The translations under genes were made by a program, and so were the position numbers. The notes under the pieces are model-generated. The model made no database searches. It saw only the letters and a list, made by a program, of their open reading frames with translations, and was not told the origin of the DNA. 64,000 nucleotides of DNA from positions 29,078,001 through 29,142,000 of the forward strand of contig CATNEN010000038.1 in assembly GCA_950097015.1 (NCBI GenBank). The letters run 5' to 3'. This DNA is from Macrostomum hystrix (lineage: Eukaryota > Animalia > Platyhelminthes). This document shows, one piece after another, positions 56,701-64,000 of this stretch. The stretch's first letter is position 1, and each line of letters opens with the position of its first letter.

Positions 56701-59700
56701 TTGAATCGGAACACTGAGTCTGTGTTGCCGGCGACAATGCTGCACCACACGGGCAGGTTGGACTTGTCCGGATCGGAATACGAGAACGTGTTCAGAACCG
56801 TGTAGTTCTCGACATTGTCTGGATTTTGTTTCGTGTACATATAGTCTCTTTAGAAAGGCTTCAACATTTTAAAGGCGTTTTAAACTATTTACTAAAGTTC
56901 TAAAACTTACTCTCGGCCAAAGAAGCCCTGTAGTAATTACTTGGTGAAAACGTTGGAGCGAACTCGTTCACATCCGTTAGAGAAACGGTCAGGGTTCGAC
57001 TGACTGACTTGGGACCATTCACTACACCACGATCTGTGACCTGAACAATAATCTCTGCCACCTGCCACGTTTCGTAGTCTAGGGCCTGGGTTCCAATCTT
57101 AACGGTGCCTAGAGTGCTGTCGATGGTGAAGAAGCTCAGTAGCGCAGTGCCAGCTAAAATTCATTGCAAGTGGTTGCTTTTTAGTCTTTTTTGCTGCCAT
57201 TTGTATATACAAGCTATGGTTGCTTTTAATTACTGGTGATTAAGATCCTCAAAACAGTACAGTTTGACACTTACTAGGAGTAGTACTCTGAGCGCTTGTA
57301 ATGCTCCAGGTAAGAGTACTGTCCGGCTCTCCAGCCTTGTCCGCATCCGTGGCACTCTGCGTGAATAGCGTTGTGCCGAACGCGGAATTTTCAGCAATGG
57401 TTACGGTATTGCCAGGGGAAAGGCTAGCGAAAGCCGGCGTGTTGTCGTTCACACCTGTGACTCGCACAGATACCGTGGCCGTCACGGTACGCTGCTCACT
57501 GGCAACAGTTGGACTGTCTCGAATCTGGTTTTGGTGTTGAATGAATGAACTTGCGTAAATAAATTCCCTAAATTTGAACAAATTTAGAATGGAACAGAAC
57601 AGAAAGTGCTCCTCAAAGTAAACCAGTGGGGCTAGATTACAAAGACTGTACAGCTGTTTAGTCTATGGACTGGGGCCATCTCACTCGCCAAATTTATAAC
57701 CAACCTATGCTCGTAACTCTGGCAACAATTTTTCAACAGGTTGAACCGAAGCACTTGGGAATCAAGTGTGTTTTTCAGGTATACAAATTGCTTCCTTTGC
57801 CCCCTTCCTTTCCGGAGAAACTAACTCTCGCACTCTCGGACAGAAGCTCATGGCCCCGTAGCTTCTCAAAAGTAATAAAGATTAAATTCATTCTACTAGA
57901 AAAACATACCGAAACCAATATGATCACAGGATTCGTGGTCATTGTGTCATAATCCTGAGCAGATGTCTGGGTGATAACGTTGCTAGACAATGAGAAGCCA
58001 GTGTAGGTGCCAATAAATGCGTACACAAGCGCCGCATTGACACCTGCATCCGCATCTGTGCATCCAGATATAGTGGCCATCGTGCCGCTCGTGTCCACTT
58101 CTGATATCGTAGTTGAGAAAGCCAGGGTTGGGCAAGTCGGCGTATTGTCGTTGATGTCGATTATGGACACCGAAAGCGTGGCTGTGCCCACTTGACCGCC
58201 AGTGTCTCTGGCGGTGACATAAATTCCAGGCAGGGAGTCAGACGTCAACGATTCTCTATCAATCCTAACTCTTGTTGTGATGCTGCAAATGTAGTTGTTG
58301 CCAGACTTCGCTGTTGTGACCTGCGGATGTTGAGAAGAACTCTCTGAACTATAGCTAGTTTAAATCGAGGTGTATATACTATTTTGCCTTTGTTCGGAAA
58401 TAAGGCAGGCCAAGAGCGAAGAGTTGGATCGTGTCGTGCAATGCACGTTCAAGGGGACAGTCTCTGTGCCCACTAAGGTACAGTCAGTAAACGCTGCCGA
58501 TGTACACAACTCTGAGGTCAGCGGAATAAGTAAATCTCCGAAGAAGTTGAGCCTGAACTTCAACAAATATTTCAATTTCGTATCATAATTTTGTAATTAT
58601 ACTCAACACATCATGCAACCTCGCTTTTACCGTGAACAGGCCTGAATTGGCGCCTGACAGACCACAGACCAGAACATCCCCAGAGCCAGCAACCTCGGCG
58701 TCAGTGAAAGTAAACGCCACAGCGGCTGACGAGCTGTCCGTCACGGTTGTACCCGGCGTCTGCTCCTCCTTCACTGATCCGCTCAGCGAGGCAGTGACGG
58801 GAGCTGGTATCACATCCCAGGCATTGATCACGCTTACGGTGATTGTGGCCGACGCGGCTCCAGTTCCATCGTTGGCTCTGTCAATTTTTTTTATTTTACA
58901 GAACATTTAGAAAAGTTAATATAATGAAAAAGTGGTGGACGGATTGCTGAGACTTACTGAATCACGCAAACGTGAAGTGTGTTGGTCTCGTAGTCCAGCT
59001 TAGAAGAGCCAACCACGAGACGGACGCTGGATACGCCAGAGTTAGCAGACAGTGTCAGAAGCGTCGATGTAGTGCAAGCCGTGCTGCCGGGGGCAATCAA
59101 CTGCCAGGTGGAGACGCCAGAGGCTGTCAGTGAGTACACAACGCTACTAGCGTCAGCGGCTTCCGTGATGGAAACCGTGTCTATCTTTCCAGGTAGCGAT
59201 GGAAATGTTGTGACAGACTCGACTGCAAAATCAATCGGCGATGTGTGTTTTAGATGGTATCTCTGCAAGCTAAGCAGGGATATTTAACTGGAAAAAATTC
59301 TGCACACAACTAGTGGCGAAGCCAGCGTTACTGGATAAATATTAATTATCCGTACAATCATGTGCCACACTAAATCGAAATGCGCTATGAAGTATCGATT
59401 AAATAAAACACATCTATGCTCGTAGTTTTCATGTACTTATGAGGGCCGATTTTCAGAAACATTTAGAAAAAATCGGAATACAGCTTCTGTAAACGAGGAT
59501 TGTAATAAATTTCATTTGCATTAGAGTTTTCCCACCGCCAACTGCCTACTAGATAGCTCCCAAACAGAATGACCGATTTTCGTGAAGGTACACCTTATAT
59601 ATCAAAATTTTCCGCCCTTTACGATGACTTTACTTTCAAAACCGTCCGACGTCAGCATCGTCGTGATATTCAGCAAATCTTGTCGAAGACTCCGTTGGCA

Positions 59701-60189
59701 AGAACGACTAATATCCCTCAGTGTAAAACTCTTTGGCGTATCCGTATTTTCGTCAAAGATATAGAAAAATACAAAATAATCAAAACAAAATAGGAAAAAG
59801 TAATTGACAAAATGGTTCAATTTAGAAATTTAGTGAGTAAAAAATATGCCTAAAATTTGCTGTTTTCCACTCGACAACCCCGACGAATATCTCGAAGATG
59901 CTCATGTTTTATGATTCTGGAATTGGTCTCATCGGATAGAGCAGAAAATTTTTTCCCATGTTCTGGATTTTCATGGTGATTAGTTCTTAAAGAGTTAGGA
60001 GATACAGAAAGAAAGAAAAATGTGGGTATACGAAATACCGCCGTGGCCTTAGGGGGATAGCATGGTCTTTCTAGACGCTAATTAACAATCCACGTTCAGA
60101 AAGTTTAAGTTTTTCTTACCGATAGGTGTTAGCCTTGTACAGAGCATTACCAGTAGAAGAACTGCATGATGCAGTTGCACGCGATGCAT
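47798..60189 (-). CDS. Giant non-classical cadherin, paralogue B (28 exons, apparently intact)
   Basis: Signal exon 60120-60189 (MHRVQLHHAVLLLVMLCTRLTPI); exons correspond one-to-one with paralogue A; ~20 EC repeats; TM WYQTPWGIAIIVLSSVLAASLIGVGIGAL; last exon 47798-47941 ending RVPTPVS*. Confidence 0.92.
55262..55728 (-). mobile_element. SINE family 1 copy with an internal ~115-bp insertion, filling most of a cadherin B intron
   Basis: Family head at ~55728, core, tail running into the polypyrimidine tract of the acceptor near 55239. Confidence 0.8.
59553..60050 (+). mobile_element. TAGCTCCC-family repeat copy (cadherin B intron 1)
   Basis: Begins TAGCTCCCAAACAGAATGACCGATTTT; homologous and inverted relative to 61390-61757. 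Confidence 0.7.
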
Positions 60190-61389
60190 CACTGCGATGA
60201 TTAGCAAGTCAAAATCTATAAGTTTAGGTGTACAGGGATTTCACTAAACTCAATATTAAATAAAGTCTGTTTCAATGGTTTCTCTCTCTAGCTGTGAAAA
60301 TTTAGAAGACTTGCTTGCTAAAAGCTTATTGCGAGACACAAAATAGCCTAGCAAGAGGGCCTCGTAGGGTCTGTGTTATTCGTCAGTTGTGTCTGTTGGC
60401 AACTGCCAGTAAACAAATAGATGCAGGCAATATTTGAGTGCAATCTAAATTAGATTTTGTTAACCCACCCTTATTTGAGGCTGGTCAGTGAAGGCGTTTT
60501 AATGAATTCGTGCCTGTTCTACAATGCAGCTCTTTTGCTCAATCTCTGCCTCGCCTTGTCGCTTATTACTTTTCTCTGCTTCTCCAGCAAAATCTCTGGC
60601 GTACAGTTGCTCATATAGCCTCTCTAAGTTGGTTGAGATGGTTACAATGGGCAGTGCTGGATCTGTTGATATCAAAACAGCTAGAGAGCAGCTTGGAGCA
60701 GCAAGTGGGGTGACTGTGGCTAGTCTTTCGCAATGGCCCTCGTTTACAATAGGACTCTTTAAGCCCCGCGGTGAAGCCTAAAAACCAGCGTCCTAGCAAT
60801 GCGCTTGCAACAGGCTTAATTAATAATATAAATATTTTTAAGAAATGACGATAGTGGAGTTAAGGTGGTGCTGCTGAAGTAGTTTATCCAGGCGCATGGC
60901 GCAATCAAGGTGTCATGGCAGATTTTAGGCCGGCCCGTTGTGCGCCTGTCACCTTCTCTTCTCTTGTTAGAGAAGCCTCTGCTGCCATCATTATTATACT
61001 AGTGCAAGGACTAAAAAATCGCCTTGCTAAATAGGCAACTCTTCTGCATCACTCGCAGTTGCCAGGTGCACTTAAAAGTCGTTTTTAAAACTCTATGGGA
61101 GCATATTATTAAGGCTATGATTTTAGCGCTACCATATATTCTAGCTTACGAATTAACTATTTCCTATAGACACCCTGCCCCTTGAATCACTAGCTGGGTT
61201 GACAGGAAGTACCAGCATAATACGAGCCCATGGAAGTCTCCTCATTTTTTCACAATAACCATTCAATACCGCACCCAATCTCATTTTCGCATGATTCATT
61301 CATTCATAACAAAGGCTATAGACCTTCCCAACTTGACTTACTGACTTGGCTGCAGAGCAAAAGTATTGATGCATTGATGAAGTAGGACG

Positions 61390-61757
61390 CTTAAAAGTTG
61401 AAACACCACGGGACATTTAAAACAACAATTTTTTTTCTGTATCGCCCAAAATTCGAGATGGGAAATACGAGATTCGTATTCAACAAATCGTCATGAAAAT
61501 CCAAATCACGGTGTAAAATTAAATAAAATGAATATAATAATAATTCATAAACATTTGAGCCGATATGGATTCGCCAAAGAAGTTTATAAAGAGAAATTTT
61601 ATTTGTTCTTGTCAATAGGGTCTTGGACAAGAACCACTAAATATCTTGACAAGGATCGCTCGGACGGCTTTCAAAGTGAGTTCATCGTAAAGGGCAAAAT
61701 ATATTGTTCCATCTGGTGTACTTTAACAAAAATCGGTCATTTGGGTTTGGGAGCTAG
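61390..61757 (-). mobile_element. TAGCTCCC-family repeat copy upstream of cadherin B
   Basis: Reverse strand begins TAGCTCCCAAACCCAAATGACCGATTTT and continues with the same blocks as 59553-60050. Confidence 0.7.
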
Positions 61758-62739
61758 GCGTGAAGTGGGCAGTGGGTAATTGACATTCCCCTGTGGTATT
61801 TACCTGGGGGGAATAGCGTTAATAGTACATACTTTTCATAAAACTTCACGTTTAGGAAAACAATTATCCTAATGCTGCTAGATATTGTGTATTTTATTCG
61901 TGTGTTTCTTGTGGGAGGCCTTTATACCTAAGCATTTTTATATTTACAGCGAATGCAGACCATTCATTCACAGGAATTTACAGGTATTTAGTGGGTTAAA
62001 AACTCATTTCGAATTCCGATCCACTTTACTTATCAGTAAGCAGATCGCAGTCATGACAAATGTTCAACCAATTATGTACTGTAGGCTGCGACCACAAGAA
62101 AAACCTATTGAAACGATTTGCAGTATAACAATTTTATAGAACATGAAAATATACGATACTGTTATTAGCCGCAAAGAAAAGTTGTCGAATTCCAAATTCT
62201 AAATAACTTTTGAAAATATAGCCAAAAATGCTATTTTAACAGCATCCATACATTTGGAGCATTCACAGCAGAACTTCTTACAGTAGATTTTTTAAAATTG
62301 CGAGTAGCTCTTAGCCAATAATCGTAGAGCGAATATACGAGTACAATGGACAGAGTCAGAGAAATGATATTGGATGCCATGAGAATAAATAATGAAAACG
62401 CAATGAAATTTTCCTCAGATAATACCGTCGAATTAGAAATTGTACCTTTCTAATATATCTTTGCAGTGTTACACGAACATTGACGGTTTATAACACAGAG
62501 AAGCATTAAAAAACCTATCAACATGGACGGAGACTTATCTGCTTTTCTGCTGGAGTAACCGCTATAGCCCAATCTCAGTGATTTGAGTGAGTCAATCGCT
62601 TATTCTTTGCTTGATTTACTGGATGTGGGTAACTTCAACAACACAATTCTGACTTGGGACCTTAACTGGCTTAACAAGTTTTGACAGGTAACTCCACATC
62701 TACCCTAACAGTTGCATCTAGCATCTTATGTCCCAGAGC

Positions 62740-62900
62740 TTGAATCCTTGGCGAGGCCGCATCAGCTTAAGACGTAGCTGTTGAAATATAATATTTAGGG
62801 GCTGTCGTGCAATTTGTGTATGTGCTCAGGAGTCTGCGAAATGAGCAGAGTTGCATCCATTGACATTCCGCTAAGTGATGTCGACAAAAGAGACGGACAA
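62740..62900 (+). mobile_element. SINE family 1, degenerate internally deleted copy
   Basis: GGCGAGGCCGCAT, GTCGTGCAATTT and TGTGCTCAGGAGTC motifs. Confidence 0.55.
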
Positions 62901-64000
62901 GCCGCCGACGAGATTATAATCGTATTGTAAATGGTAAAAAGCAAGCAGCAATCAGGGAAAGAAAATGGTATTCCTGGATTCTCCCACTATTACAGCCCGA
63001 ACTAGTTATGCCATTTCAATTGAACTTCACGTCCTCAAGCGCTAGGGACTTCCAGTTTCTTGAATTGGATCTCCTGCGAACTTAAAAGAAAATTGGACAG
63101 TTGAACAGCGTCAAGTTTGTTTAGCGCATCTAGGAATTCATGTATAAAATATTATATCCTTTGTATAATATCTTTATTACTTTCTTTTAAGAAATGATCC
63201 AGAAAGATAAGACAGTTCGTCATAAAGTTACACAACTGAATATGTTGTGGCCTCTTTTGATTAGGGTGTCAGTTTTATATTTAATAACGAATGAAAAGAG
63301 TTTATGTGAAAAATAACTTAAAGCAATGAATTTTGTGAGAAGATATTTGCAACGTACACTTAAATTGCCAGAAAATATAGCAATTTTCAAATATAGCAAT
63401 GGGAAATGTCCGGAAGCGGAGAAATATGCGCCCAAAGAAGCCAGTACTATTAAAAAAGTACTCCTTTGTAAAGCCAAGGTTGTAAGGTGTAGTTCTGGCT
63501 TATTAATGTCACAAAATGTAAGGTGATCTCTGTTGCGCAGTGATTCGCACTATGGATTTTTCCCTTTTTAATATTTTCTTTAAAATGACACTGAACCAGT
63601 AAAAATTATTCCCTGACGTCCAACTGACACCCATCTAACAAAATAATATATTTATTTCGGACCTATCAATTTTTCGATGCGCACAAGAAGCGTTTGTGAG
63701 AAAAATAACCTAGAATTAGTAATTTAATTCAGCGATAGAAATCATTAAACATTAGGAATCAACACAGTGCATGTATAGTTGTTGGTCAAAGAGAGGAGAA
63801 GAAAAAGTGCTTTTTGAACGAAAGCAATGAATAAAATGTTCTCGAATCGATGCTGCCAAAATATACGAATTGAAGTAAGTTGATTTTGAATAACGAAACA
63901 AAAACTAATACATTAAGGGTTAAACATGCAGTGTATAGTGCATTGTTAGAGTGCTAGAATGTTAACAATATGGAATTCATTTATTGTGTAAAGCTATTGT

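Noticed and set aside
63220-63526. Hydrophobic 85-aa minus ORF and 66-aa plus ORF near the window end
   Set aside because: AT-rich, no recognisable motif or convincing splice partners; may be non-coding.

Overview
Intron-rich animal (invertebrate) genomic DNA. Gene content, short introns and repeat load would fit a free-living flatworm such as Macrostomum, but that is inference and not verified. Two paralogous giant non-classical cadherin genes face each other tail-to-tail: A (+, 1962-23220) and B (-, 47798-60189). By manual reconstruction each has 28 exons with matching intron positions, about 20 EC repeats, a membrane-adjacent domain, one TM helix and a short tail lacking a catenin-binding domain. 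Copy A carries a ~20-nt frameshifting deletion and a GC-AG intron. Between them lie a Doc2/rabphilin-like tandem-C2 gene, a broken IS630/Tc1-type transposase, an Rh-family ammonium transporter, and two adjacent secreted Cys-rich genes that look like a toxin/secretion module. One encodes a tandem double-knottin (ICK) peptide whose signal-peptide exon is missed by the ORF track. The other encodes a conodipine-type phospholipase A2-like protein with the catalytic His-Asp replaced by Tyr-Glu. Introns and intergenic DNA hold at least two tRNA-derived SINE families, several MITE/hAT families, and mini/microsatellites. One SINE family repeatedly sits on or next to splice sites. All gene models were read by eye; no database searches were run.
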